A stretch of DNA of 62,228 nt, the filler included. It is 3 parts of 3 records of this genome, joined end to end, with 100 filler letters (N's around TTAATTAATTAA, not from the genome) between each part and the next. Parts side by side here need not be neighbours in the genome. Positions count along the whole stretch, not along the records: positions 1 to 30,616 come from SRR31156797_1180; 2 more parts are not named here. One strand, given 5' to 3'. Made by a program: the position numbers and the translations under genes. Below are positions 18,968 to 28,184 of the stretch, in pieces. The notes under the pieces are model-generated. The model had not been told where the DNA came from. It was given only the letters and a program-made list of their open reading frames with translations, and made no database searches. Each line of letters begins with the position of its first letter. Position 1 is the first letter of the stretch.

Positions 18968-20752
18968 ATGATTGAACAGGTATTAACATCCAAAGCCATT
19001 GAGGCCATACAAGCACTTTACGGACAGGAAGTTGGTGAAAAGATGGTTTCGGTGCAGAAAACACGTAAGGATTTTGAAGGCGATTACACCATTGTGGTTT
19101 TTCCGTTGTTGAAAATCTCGAAAAAAAATCCGGTGGAAACCGCCAACGACCTGGGGAAGCACTTTGCTGAAAACGTAAAAGAAGTCACCGGATTTAATGT
19201 GATCAAAGGATTTTTAAACCTGGAAATCGACAATACCTACTGGCTTGATTTCTATGTTCGTGAAAAAAGCAATACCGAATTTGGTGTAGCCAAAGTTGAT
19301 GATGCAAAGCCTGTGGTGATCGAATATTCATCACCAAACACCAACAAACCCCTTCACCTCGGGCACATTCGTAACAACCTGCTGGGATACTCAGTTGCAG
19401 AGATTCTGAAAGCTGCCGGTAAAAAGGTTTTTATGGTGAACCTGGTAAACGACCGGGGCATACACATATGCAAATCCATGCTGGCCTGGAAAAAATGGGG
19501 CAATGGTGAAACCCCCGAATCCTCAGGTATGAAGGGCGACCACCTGGTGGGAAAATATTATGTGCTTTTTGATAAGCACTACAAAGCCGAAATTGCCGAA
19601 TTGGTTGAAAACGGCATGGACGAAGAACTGGCTGAAAAGCAAGCTTCGCTGCTGATGGAAGCCCAGGAGATGCTTAGGCAATGGGAGGAACACAATCCGG
19701 AAATACGCAAACTGTGGGAGATGATGAATGGCTGGGTTTACGAGGGTTTCGAAAAAACATACAAGCGCCTGGGTGTGGAATTTGATAAGGTTTATTTTGA
19801 ATCAGACACTTACCTGCTGGGCCGTGAGATTGTGCACGATGGCCTGAAAAAGGGCCTCTTCTTCAAAAAAGAAAATGGCTCTGTATGGTGCGATTTGACT
19901 AATGAAGGCCTGGATGAAAAATTATTGTTGCGTGCCGATGGCACCTCCGTTTACATGACCCAGGATTTGGGAACTGCACAATTGCGTAAAGACGATTACG
20001 ATCCCGAAAAACTGGTTTACGTGGTGGGCAACGAACAGAATTATCATTTTGAAGTGCTGCAAAAAATCCTGAAAAAGCTGGGCCGTGAGTGGGCCGATGG
20101 CATCATGCACCTTTCCTATGGCATGGTGGAACTCCCACACGGGCGCATGAAATCGCGTGAAGGTACTGTGGTGGATGCCGACGACCTGATGGACGAAATG
20201 TTTGATACCGCCCGGAAAACCACCGAAGAACTGGGCAAAACCGATGAATTTACGGAAGCCGAAAAAAAAGAACTTTTCACCATGCTGAGCCTGGGTGCAT
20301 TGAAATATTTTATGCTGAAAGTGGATCCTAAAAAAACGATGCTCTTCAACCCGGAAGAATCCATCGACTTCAACGGCAACACCGGGCCATTTATCCAATA
20401 CACCCATGCGCGTATCAGGTCGCTATTTAGGAAAGCTGAGGAAAAGGGTATTAAACTTGACACCAATGCCATGCCGGATGAACTCCATCCTGCTGAGCGG
20501 TCCATCCTGAAATTATTGTTTGAGTTCCCGACAATCATCCGTGAGGCCGCAGCAAATTACAGTCCGGCGGTGATTGCCAACTACCTGTATGAACTGGCCA
20601 AAGAGTTCAATCACTTGTACCAGTCGGTGCCCTTCCTGCGGGATACGGACAACCGCTCGGCATCTTTCCGGTTGGGGCTGGCAGATTTTACCGGCAATGT
20701 TTTAAAAAGTGGTATGAAACTACTTGGGGCGCATGTTCCTGAAAGGATGTAA
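18968..20752 (+). CDS. argS: Arginine--tRNA ligase
   Basis: EYSSPNTNKPLHLGH (HIGH motif), MKSREG, GNTGPFIQYTHAR, C-terminal PERM; TATTTTTG promoter at 18936. Confidence 0.97.
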   Translation: MIEQVLTSKAIEAIQALYGQEVGEKMVSVQKTRKDFEGDYTIVVFPLLKISKKNPVETANDLGKHFAENVKEVTGFNVIKGFLNLEIDNTYWLDFYVREKSNTEFGVAKVDDAKPVVIEYSSPNTNKPLHLGHIRNNLLGYSVAEILKAAGKKVFMVNLVNDRGIHICKSMLAWKKWGNGETPESSGMKGDHLVGKYYVLFDKHYKAEIAELVENGMDEELAEKQASLLMEAQEMLRQWEEHNPEIRKLWEMMNGWVYEGFEKTYKRLGVEFDKVYFESDTYLLGREIVHDGLKKGLFFKKENGSVWCDLTNEGLDEKLLLRADGTSVYMTQDLGTAQLRKDDYDPEKLVYVVGNEQNYHFEVLQKILKKLGREWADGIMHLSYGMVELPHGRMKSREGTVVDADDLMDEMFDTARKTTEELGKTDEFTEAEKKELFTMLSLGALKYFMLKVDPKKTMLFNPEESIDFNGNTGPFIQYTHARIRSLFRKAEEKGIKLDTNAMPDELHPAERSILKLLFEFPTIIREAAANYSPAVIANYLYELAKEFNHLYQSVPFLRDTDNRSASFRLGLADFTGNVLKSGMKLLGAHVPERM

Positions 20753-20785
20753 TGAATCTTTTTTTTTCAGTTTAGTCCCTTGGTT

Positions 20786-20836
20786 TGGACGAGGCTGTGC
20801 CTCGTCCACGTTATTTTTAAAGGCTATGCCTTTTTT
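20786..20836 (+). terminator. Two hairpins after argS (REP-like stem plus terminator-like stem)
   Basis: TGGACGAGGC-TGT-GCCTCGTCCA, then AAAGGC-TAT-GCCTTT followed by Ts. Confidence 0.55.
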
Positions 20837-20859
20837 CATTGTACAGCTTTTAGTGGTAA

Positions 20860-21033
20860 GCAGGCAAAGCCTGGAAAGATAATTGCAGCTTGGGCACAGC
20901 CCAAGCTGAACTTTATGATGCCAACGACCTGATGAATGAAATTTTTGAAGCCACCCGCAAAACCACTGAGGAACTGGGCAAAACAGATGAATTTATGGAA
21001 GAGGAAAAAACTGGGATCACCGCGGGGCAATGA
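20860..21033 (+). pseudogene. Degenerate fragment of a second argS copy
   Basis: Translates to ...LGTAQAELYDANDLMNEIFEATRKTTEELGKTDEFMEEEK..., versus LGTAQ and DADDLMDEMFDTARKTTEELGKTDEFTEAEK in the intact ArgS. Confidence 0.75.
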
Positions 21034-21242
21034 AAGAAAATTGGAACACCCTAAATCGTCCGAAGGACATTCAAGCATCAAAATATTTTTGACTGACAGG
21101 CTTCACACATATCGAGATATTATGATCTCAGATTAACGATTTTTGATTTAAGATTCATTCTCCTATCGACTATCTTCTCCAAGTGAGTCCTTCGGACAGT
21201 CGCAAATCCTTTACTCAGCCAGTTACTTTGCAATAAAAATGC

Positions 21243-21797
21243 TCACACAACCACCACATCATCTTTTGCATCGAGGATGTTTTTCTTGAAATCGTCCCAG
21301 GAAGGATCGTTGAGGTCCATGGTTTCGAGTTTTTCTAAAATGTAGGGAACCACATTTTCCACAGGCTGCCACAATAGTGAGTTTTGTTTTACATCACTTT
21401 TTATAATATTCTGTTTGCTGTCGATCATGTTGAAGAGCAACATCAACGCACTCATGATCACCACACCCTTCAGCACGCCAAAAAACAATCCGAAGAACCG
21501 GTTGATAAAACCCAGCGCAGCGGCTGCGGCAACTTTGCTGAGCAACTTTCCGATAAACGAAACCAGTATTACCACACCCACAAATGTGATGATGAAGGCC
21601 ACTATGAATAACCAGCGTTCACCGATGTCGATGTATTCAACCAGCCATTTGGCCACCACATCCGAAAAATAGATGGCAAAATACAAACCCAGCGCCAGGG
21701 CAACAAGCGAGGTAACTTCTTTGATCAATCCATTGCGAAAACCGGATATGGCTGCCAACACAATGGGAATTCCAATGATCAGGTCGAGAAAATTCAT
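21243..21797 (-). CDS. CvpA family protein
   Basis: MNFLDLII...GFRNGLIKE...NRFFGLFFGVLKG; four TM helices. Confidence 0.88.
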   Translation of the reverse strand: MNFLDLIIGIPIVLAAISGFRNGLIKEVTSLVALALGLYFAIYFSDVVAKWLVEYIDIGERWLFIVAFIITFVGVVILVSFIGKLLSKVAAAAALGFINRFFGLFFGVLKGVVIMSALMLLFNMIDSKQNIIKSDVKQNSLLWQPVENVVPYILEKLETMDLNDPSWDDFKKNILDAKDDVVVV

Positions 21798-21799
21798 GG

Positions 21800-22543
21800 T
21801 TATTTCAGTTTTTTATACAATTCGGAGGCAAACACAAAATTGTCCACTTCTTTGTTTCCGGTATTGAAAATCTGTTCCTTACTTCCCTCCCACCACAATT
21901 CACCTTTGTATAGGAATGAGATGCTGTCGCCAATCTCCATCACCGAGTTCATGTCGTGTGTGTTGATCACGGTCGTGATATCAAACTCGTGGGTGATCTC
22001 ATTGATCAGGTTATCGATAACGGTTGCAGTTTGTGGATCGAGGCCGGAGTTGGGTTCGTCACAAAACAGGTATCTGGGATTCAGTGCTATGGCACGCGCA
22101 ATAGCAACCCGTTTCATCATTCCGCCACTCAGCTCCGAAGGCATCAGTTTATTGGCCTTGCTAAGGTTAACCCGATCCAGACAAAAGTTCACCCGGTCAA
22201 GACGTTCTTTAGCAGTTTTATCGCTGAACATTTTTAGCGGAAACCCCACATTTTCTTCCACATTCATATAATCGAACAACGCACCACCCTGGAACAACAT
22301 CCCAATCTCCTTACGGATCTTTTTACGTTTGCTAAAGGACATCCCGGAAAAATCCCGTTCGTCAAACATAATTTCACCACTGTCGATTTCATGCAACCCA
22401 ACCAGGCATTTGATCAGAACTGTTTTTCCGGAACCACTCTGCCCGATCACCAGGTTGGTTACGCCCTTTTGAAACTTCACGGAAATTCCCTTGAGCACCT
22501 GGTTATCTTCAAAACTCTTATAGATATTTTTTACTTCTATCAT
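21800..22543 (-). CDS. mlaF: ABC transporter ATP-binding protein, MlaF-like
   Basis: GQSGSGKT, FQGGALFD, LSGGM, DEPNSGLDP; paired with a MlaE-like permease. Confidence 0.85.
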   Translation of the reverse strand: MIEVKNIYKSFEDNQVLKGISVKFQKGVTNLVIGQSGSGKTVLIKCLVGLHEIDSGEIMFDERDFSGMSFSKRKKIRKEIGMLFQGGALFDYMNVEENVGFPLKMFSDKTAKERLDRVNFCLDRVNLSKANKLMPSELSGGMMKRVAIARAIALNPRYLFCDEPNSGLDPQTATVIDNLINEITHEFDITTVINTHDMNSVMEIGDSISFLYKGELWWEGSKEQIFNTGNKEVDNFVFASELYKKLK

Positions 22544-23280
22544 ACCAGCAGTAATTGGGTAAGAATCAGGTTTGATGTGATGATAAGAATGCTGCTAAAA
22601 ACCACAGCGCGTGTACTTGCCGAGCCCACTTCCAGCGCTCCGCCGCGGGTGTAATACCCCTGGTAACCTGACACGGATGCGATAATAAAGGCAAACACCG
22701 CCGTTTTAATGAGGGCATAGGTTACGGTGTAGGGTTCAAACCAGCTTTGCAAACCAACAATGTAATCGTTTGATGTAACAATACCGGTGGATACACAGGC
22801 AAGCCATCCTCCAAAGAGCGCAAAGGCAATACTGAAAATAATGAGTATCGGGTTGATGATGATGGAGGCAAATACTTTAGGTTGTATCAGGTAGTTGGCG
22901 GGATTGATACCCATGATCTCCAGTGCATCAATCTGTTCGGTAACACGCATGGTACCCAGCTCGGAAGCAATCCTCGAACCAACTTTTCCTGCAAGCACGA
23001 GGCTGAGCATGGTTGGTGAAAATTCAAGAATGATACTTTGCCGGGCCGTGAAACCAACCATGGTCATCGGGATAAGTGGTGTGTCGATGTTGTATGCCGT
23101 TTGGATGGCAACCACAGCACCCACAAAAATGGAGATGATCACGGTAATACCCAGCGAATCAATGCCAAGGCTTTGGATTTCGATGAGAATTTGCCTGAAG
23201 AATTCCTTAACCCTGTCAGGCTTAACGAAAACCTCCTTCATCAATAACAGGTACCTTCCAAGATGGGAAATCAGTTTCAT
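22540..23280 (-). CDS. mlaE: MlaE family ABC permease
   Basis: AGKVGSRIASELGTMRVTEQIDALEIMGINP, GGALEVG. Confidence 0.9.
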   Translation of the reverse strand: MKLISHLGRYLLLMKEVFVKPDRVKEFFRQILIEIQSLGIDSLGITVIISIFVGAVVAIQTAYNIDTPLIPMTMVGFTARQSIILEFSPTMLSLVLAGKVGSRIASELGTMRVTEQIDALEIMGINPANYLIQPKVFASIIINPILIIFSIAFALFGGWLACVSTGIVTSNDYIVGLQSWFEPYTVTYALIKTAVFAFIIASVSGYQGYYTRGGALEVGSASTRAVVFSSILIITSNLILTQLLLV

Positions 23281-23398
23281 TGTGGTGATTTTATGCAGCG
23301 AAAATACGGATATTTTAACAGAAACGCAGCGAATGCAAAAGTTGTATAATCTAACCAAATGGATTTAAAAAATCTATTGATTTTATTATTTTTGAAGC

Positions 23399-24550
23399 AT
23401 GGGGAAATTAACCAGGAACCATAAAAAATTTAACAAGCGCGACTTTTTAAAGCTTGGTATGTTGGGTACCTGCGGCACCTGCCTGTTAGCGGGCGGTTTC
23501 CCCTTAAGCACCTTCCCGAATGGACCAAATCCCGGAAATAAAAAGCTACTGCGCGAAGCCATGTTTTATTCGCCCACAGCGAAAGGCATGAAGTGCAAGA
23601 TTTGTCCGAACAATTGCAGCATAAAAGAGGGAGAATATGGTGATTGCCGGACAAGGCTTAACCAGGATGGCAAGCTGTTTACTATAGCTTATGGAAACCC
23701 GTGTGCCGTGCATGTGGATCCCATCGAAAAAAAACCGCTTTATCACTTTCTTCCGGAGAGCAAGGCCTTTTCCATTGCTACAGCAGGCTGCAATCTGGCC
23801 TGTTTGAATTGCCAAAATTGGGAGATTTCGCAGGCCAGCCCATTAGAAACCCGAAATCATGACCTGCCACCGGAAGCGGTTATTAGTAATTGCCGGCATT
23901 ATGCATGTGATTCCATCGCCTACACCTACTCCGATCCGGTGGCTTTTTACGAATACTCCTATGATACCAGCAGAATTGCAAAAGTCGAAGGCATAAAAAA
24001 CATACTGATTTCTGCAGGATACATCAGCCCGGAACCTTTAAGAGAACTGGCAAAATATATTGATGCTGCCAATATCGACCTGAAAAGTTTCAGCAACGAG
24101 ATTTATGAAATGCTCAATGCCGGTACCTTACAACCTGTGCTTGATACACTTACCTTTCTCAAGGACAATGGCATCTGGCTGGAGATCACGAACCTTGTGG
24201 TACCTGATTGGACTGATGATATGGACATGATTAAAAAAATGTGTGCCTGGCTGGCCGAAAATGGCTTTGCAGATTATCCGCTTCATTTCAGCAGATTCCA
24301 TCCACAGCACAAACTCGCGCAGCTCCCGCCAACACCTGCTTCAGTGCTCAAAAAGGCCTATCAAACTGCAATGAGCGAGGGATTAAATCATGTTTATATT
24401 GGAAACCTTCCCGGTGGAAACCAGGATACATTTTGTCCGGAGTGTAAAAATAAAATTGTACAAAGACGAGGATTTTCAATCATTTCAAATAATCTCGAAA
24501 ATGGATGCTGCCAAAATTGCGGTAAAACAATTCCGGGAGTATGGCAATAA
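23399..24550 (+). CDS. AmmeMemoRadiSam system radical SAM enzyme (AmrS-like)
   Basis: CKICPNNC, DPIEKKPLYHF, GCNLACLNCQNWEISQ, HFSRFHP, YIGN, C-terminal CxxC pairs. Confidence 0.9.
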   Translation: MGKLTRNHKKFNKRDFLKLGMLGTCGTCLLAGGFPLSTFPNGPNPGNKKLLREAMFYSPTAKGMKCKICPNNCSIKEGEYGDCRTRLNQDGKLFTIAYGNPCAVHVDPIEKKPLYHFLPESKAFSIATAGCNLACLNCQNWEISQASPLETRNHDLPPEAVISNCRHYACDSIAYTYSDPVAFYEYSYDTSRIAKVEGIKNILISAGYISPEPLRELAKYIDAANIDLKSFSNEIYEMLNAGTLQPVLDTLTFLKDNGIWLEITNLVVPDWTDDMDMIKKMCAWLAENGFADYPLHFSRFHPQHKLAQLPPTPASVLKKAYQTAMSEGLNHVYIGNLPGGNQDTFCPECKNKIVQRRGFSIISNNLENGCCQNCGKTIPGVWQ

Positions 24551-24592
24551 ATTTAAGTATGATCGTGACCTTGGTTTATAAAAATAACTATC

Positions 24593-24626
24593 TTGCAATA
24601 GTTTTTCAAAGGGAGAACTATTGCAA
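24593..24626. promoter_or_regulatory. Inverted repeat between amrS and the chemosensory operon (terminator or operator)
   Basis: TTGCAATAGTT-12 nt-AACTATTGCAA, perfect 11-bp arms. Confidence 0.45.
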
Positions 24627-24715
24627 AATTTAGATCAGAGATCCAATACCAGTAATTCAGCAGTTGATATACCATGTGCATGATGTTTTAACTACTGAAA
24701 CCAAAACAGTGCAAA

Positions 24716-25027
24716 ATGAAAAATGCAGAAATAAATTTTAACAATGATCCTGATAATCCGGAGATATTAAACATCGGGTTCAGCGGTGAACTTACCATCT
24801 CAAACTCCCGGGATTTCAGGGACCTGATTATTCAAAAAATCAAAAACAATAAGGGACTTACCATTACAACAAGCGATGTTGATGGGCTGGACCTTTCATT
24901 TTACCAGTTATTACTTTCCATAAAGAAATCACAAAAGGAACAGAACAAACCATTCAACTTAAAGCTATCGCTACCGGCTGAAGAGGAAGAGCTTTTGAGA
25001 CAGGCCGGGTTTGATACTGACCAATAG
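24716..25027 (+). CDS. STAS domain protein
   Basis: FSGELTI, DGLDLSFYQLL, LRQAGF; first gene of a che operon. Confidence 0.8.
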   Translation: MKNAEINFNNDPDNPEILNIGFSGELTISNSRDFRDLIIQKIKNNKGLTITTSDVDGLDLSFYQLLLSIKKSQKEQNKPFNLKLSLPAEEEELLRQAGFDTDQ

Positions 25028-25041
25028 AAATGACTTGAACT

Positions 25042-25413
25042 ATGAGTAAATCAAAAAGAGTTGTTGTTGTTGACGATTCGCAAAGTATACGGGAAGCCGT
25101 TTCGTTTATGCTTCGAAAACGTGGATTTGAGGTAGTTACGGGTGTTGACGGGAATGATGCCCTGAAGCATTTCGACGGTGTTGACATCGATCTTGTAATT
25201 ACCGATCTGCACATGCCCAACATGGATGGCATAGGTTTAATTAAGGAGGTGCGAAATATTGAGGATTACAAGCGTATACCCATTCTGGTACTAACCACCG
25301 AATCGCAGGTGTCCATAAAGCTGGAAGCCAAAAAAGCCGGTGCCACCGGATGGATAGTTAAGCCATTTGAAACTGAAAAGTTAATGGCTACGATTAGAAA
25401 AGTCGTAAGATGA
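25042..25413 (+). CDS. cheY: Chemotaxis response regulator CheY
   Basis: Stand-alone receiver: VVDDS, TDLHMPNMDG, LTTES, GWIVKPF. Confidence 0.9.
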   Translation: MSKSKRVVVVDDSQSIREAVSFMLRKRGFEVVTGVDGNDALKHFDGVDIDLVITDLHMPNMDGIGLIKEVRNIEDYKRIPILVLTTESQVSIKLEAKKAGATGWIVKPFETEKLMATIRKVVR

Positions 25414-25437
25414 TAATACCTGTAAACAAAACACAAA

Positions 25438-27633
25438 ATGAGTGAATCAGATGATAATTTTGGGCAGGAACTGGCTGAGTTGCGACAGAAATTTGCCATA
25501 GAAGCCGAAGAAAAAATAGCAGCACTTGAAAGTGCTGCGCTTACGCTCGAGAATAATCCTGACGACAAGGGACAGGTGGAGTTGCTGTTTGGTGCCATGC
25601 ATACACTCAAAGGCAGTGGCGGCATGTTTGGGTACGATAAAATCAGTGAATTTACACATGACCTTGAAACATTATACGACTATGTGCGTAAGGGAAAGCT
25701 AAAAGTTACAACAGAGCTTTTAACCATCACACTTCAGGCCATCGACCATCTAAAGGCTCTGCTTTCGCAGGGTGATAACCTGGATGAGCAAACCGAAATC
25801 TCACATCAGGAAAAAACAAAACACATTAAAGATTTTGCCGGTAAACAAATCAACAACATCAAGGCAAGTCAGCCTCCTGTTGAAGAACCGGCTTCCGTTA
25901 CAACAAGCTATGAAGAAAAAGAAGGGACTGCTACCTATTTTATTTCCTTCAAGCCCCATGAAAATATTTTCGATAACGGAACAAAACCGCTTTATCTGAT
26001 TGATGAAATACACAGTCTTGGTGATGCATTTGTTATCCCGCATATCGAAACCATCCCTGCATTTAAGGATTTCGATCCGATGCTTTGTTACACATGGTGG
26101 GAAATTTTTCTTTCGACTGATGAAAACCTCAGCACCGTTGCTGACATTTTCATTTTTGTGGAGGATGAATCTCAAATTGTAATCCAAAAAATTGCTGATG
26201 AAAATCTTTTCGGTTTTCAATCCTTCCTTGCGTACCTTGATGAGCTAAAAACAGGAAACGGGTTGACTGACCTGAAAGACCTCAAAAAGATTATAGATGC
26301 CTTGCCTGCCCATCAGGAACCGGTAAATGAAACTCCTGAAGAACCAGCAGAACAAATAGTTGAGCCAAAAGAAAATGATAAAGAACAAGTCGCGTTAAAA
26401 CCAGATCCTAAGCCGGTACCAACAAAACCGCCACCCTCTATTTCTACCTCAAAAGCTGCGGAGAGCACCATATCAAGTATCAGGGTTTCGGCAGACAAAG
26501 TAGATAAACTGATGAACCTTGTGAGCGAGATGGTGACCATACAGGCCAGACTCACCATGTTTGCTGAAAAAACCAAAGATCTGGAGTTGATTTCGATAGC
26601 AGAAAATGTACAGAAGATTTCAAAACAACTGCGCGACAATGCCTTTAGCATTTCGCTTATTCCCATTGCCAGTGTGATGACCCGGTTTCAGCGCCTGGTG
26701 CGGGACCTGTCGGCAAGCCTCGGAAAAAAAGTGAAGTTGAACATTGAAGGACAGGAAACCGAACTCGACAAAACAATTATCGAAAGAATCAGTGATCCAT
26801 TGCTGCATATTTTACGCAACAGCCTCGACCACGGCATTGAAACCCCTGACGAGAGAACAGCAGCAGGCAAGCCTCCGGAGGGTAACATTAATTTCAAAGC
26901 ATCTTATTCCGGAGGTAATATCCACATCGAAATTAAGGATGACGGCAGTGGCATTGACAAAGGTCGCCTGCTTGCAAAGGCCATTTCAAATAAGCTGGTG
27001 AGCCCCAACGAAAAGCTGTCGGACAAAGAAATCATGAACCTGATCTTTACGCCTGGTTTTTCAACGGCAAAACAGGTTTCTGGAGTATCCGGCAGAGGCG
27101 TAGGCATGGACGTAGTGAAAAAGAAAATATCAGAAATCCGTGGCGATGTGGTAATTGCTTCAGAAAAGGGCAAGGGCACTACGATAACGATAGTTTTACC
27201 ACTTACCCTTTCCATCATCGACGGCATGCATGTGAAAATTGGAACCACAAATTTCATTATTCCCACATCTGCAGTTCACAAAATTTATTCGGTTAATCAT
27301 CAGGAAGTGGAACAAGCCTTCGATAACCTGATGATCCTTGAAGGCAAACAAATTCCATGTTTTTACCTGCGCAGACAATTCAACCTCAATGGCCAGGTTC
27401 CGAAGCGGGAAGAAGTACTTGTTGTTAAATATGAAAGCCTGGAGGTGGGCCTGATTATTGATAAGGTTGTTGGAGAATTCCAAACCGTGCTGAAACCACT
27501 GGGCATGCACTACAAAAACCAGGAGTTTATATCAGGTGGAACCATACTTGGCGATGGATCTGTAGCACTGGTTCTGGATTCACACAAAATAATATCGAAA
27601 CTCTCGAAAGACCTCAAAAATAAAGATGAATAA
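25438..27633 (+). CDS. cheA: Chemotaxis histidine kinase CheA
   Basis: Hpt HTLKGSG, SIRVSADKVDKLMNLVSE, HILRNSLDHGIE, SGRGVGMDVV, PLTLSII, C-terminal CheW-like domain. Confidence 0.96.
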   Translation: MSESDDNFGQELAELRQKFAIEAEEKIAALESAALTLENNPDDKGQVELLFGAMHTLKGSGGMFGYDKISEFTHDLETLYDYVRKGKLKVTTELLTITLQAIDHLKALLSQGDNLDEQTEISHQEKTKHIKDFAGKQINNIKASQPPVEEPASVTTSYEEKEGTATYFISFKPHENIFDNGTKPLYLIDEIHSLGDAFVIPHIETIPAFKDFDPMLCYTWWEIFLSTDENLSTVADIFIFVEDESQIVIQKIADENLFGFQSFLAYLDELKTGNGLTDLKDLKKIIDALPAHQEPVNETPEEPAEQIVEPKENDKEQVALKPDPKPVPTKPPPSISTSKAAESTISSIRVSADKVDKLMNLVSEMVTIQARLTMFAEKTKDLELISIAENVQKISKQLRDNAFSISLIPIASVMTRFQRLVRDLSASLGKKVKLNIEGQETELDKTIIERISDPLLHILRNSLDHGIETPDERTAAGKPPEGNINFKASYSGGNIHIEIKDDGSGIDKGRLLAKAISNKLVSPNEKLSDKEIMNLIFTPGFSTAKQVSGVSGRGVGMDVVKKKISEIRGDVVIASEKGKGTTITIVLPLTLSIIDGMHVKIGTTNFIIPTSAVHKIYSVNHQEVEQAFDNLMILEGKQIPCFYLRRQFNLNGQVPKREEVLVVKYESLEVGLIIDKVVGEFQTVLKPLGMHYKNQEFISGGTILGDGSVALVLDSHKIISKLSKDLKNKDE

Positions 27634-28180
27634 AATGAGTGAAAAAGAGGACATTAAGATCAACCACTACCTGACATTTATGTTGGGTGATGAAACCTTT
27701 GCATCACATGTAAACAACGTTACAAAAATCCTGGAGATGCAAAAAATAACTGAAGTTCCACGGGCCCCTGAATTTATGAAAGGCGTGATAAACCTGAGGG
27801 GAAATGTTTTACCGGTTATTGACGGCAGGATAAAATTTGGCTTAACACCAAAGCCCTATACCGACAAAACCTGTATCCTGGTATTAAACGTAAGGTTGGA
27901 AGGGGAGCAGGTTGAAGTAGGTGCCATTGTTGATGCCGTGCTTGATGTAATCGAATTTCCTGAAGAAAATATTAAACCTTCACCGGCACTCGGAAGTAAA
28001 TACAAGTCGGATTTCATTGATGGTGTGATCAAACTTAAAGAGGAGTTTATCATGATCCTCAACATGGATTCGGTATTCTCGGCACAGGAAATTATCGAAC
28101 TTAAAGCCGGTGAAGAAACCGAAAAAGAAGAAAACACCCCTGACGACACAGCAAGCATTAACCAAAAACAGGAGGGATAA
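27626..28180 (+). CDS. cheW: Chemotaxis coupling protein CheW
   Basis: [35 protein letters not shown]. Start may be 27635. Confidence 0.93.
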   Translation: MNKMSEKEDIKINHYLTFMLGDETFASHVNNVTKILEMQKITEVPRAPEFMKGVINLRGNVLPVIDGRIKFGLTPKPYTDKTCILVLNVRLEGEQVEVGAIVDAVLDVIEFPEENIKPSPALGSKYKSDFIDGVIKLKEEFIMILNMDSVFSAQEIIELKAGEETEKEENTPDDTASINQKQEG

Positions 28181-28184
28181 TAAG

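Noticed and set aside
20936-21136. 66-aa ORF after argS (and 81-aa antisense ORF 20836-21081)
   Set aside because: Alternative frames over the argS remnant; the similarity lies in a different frame.
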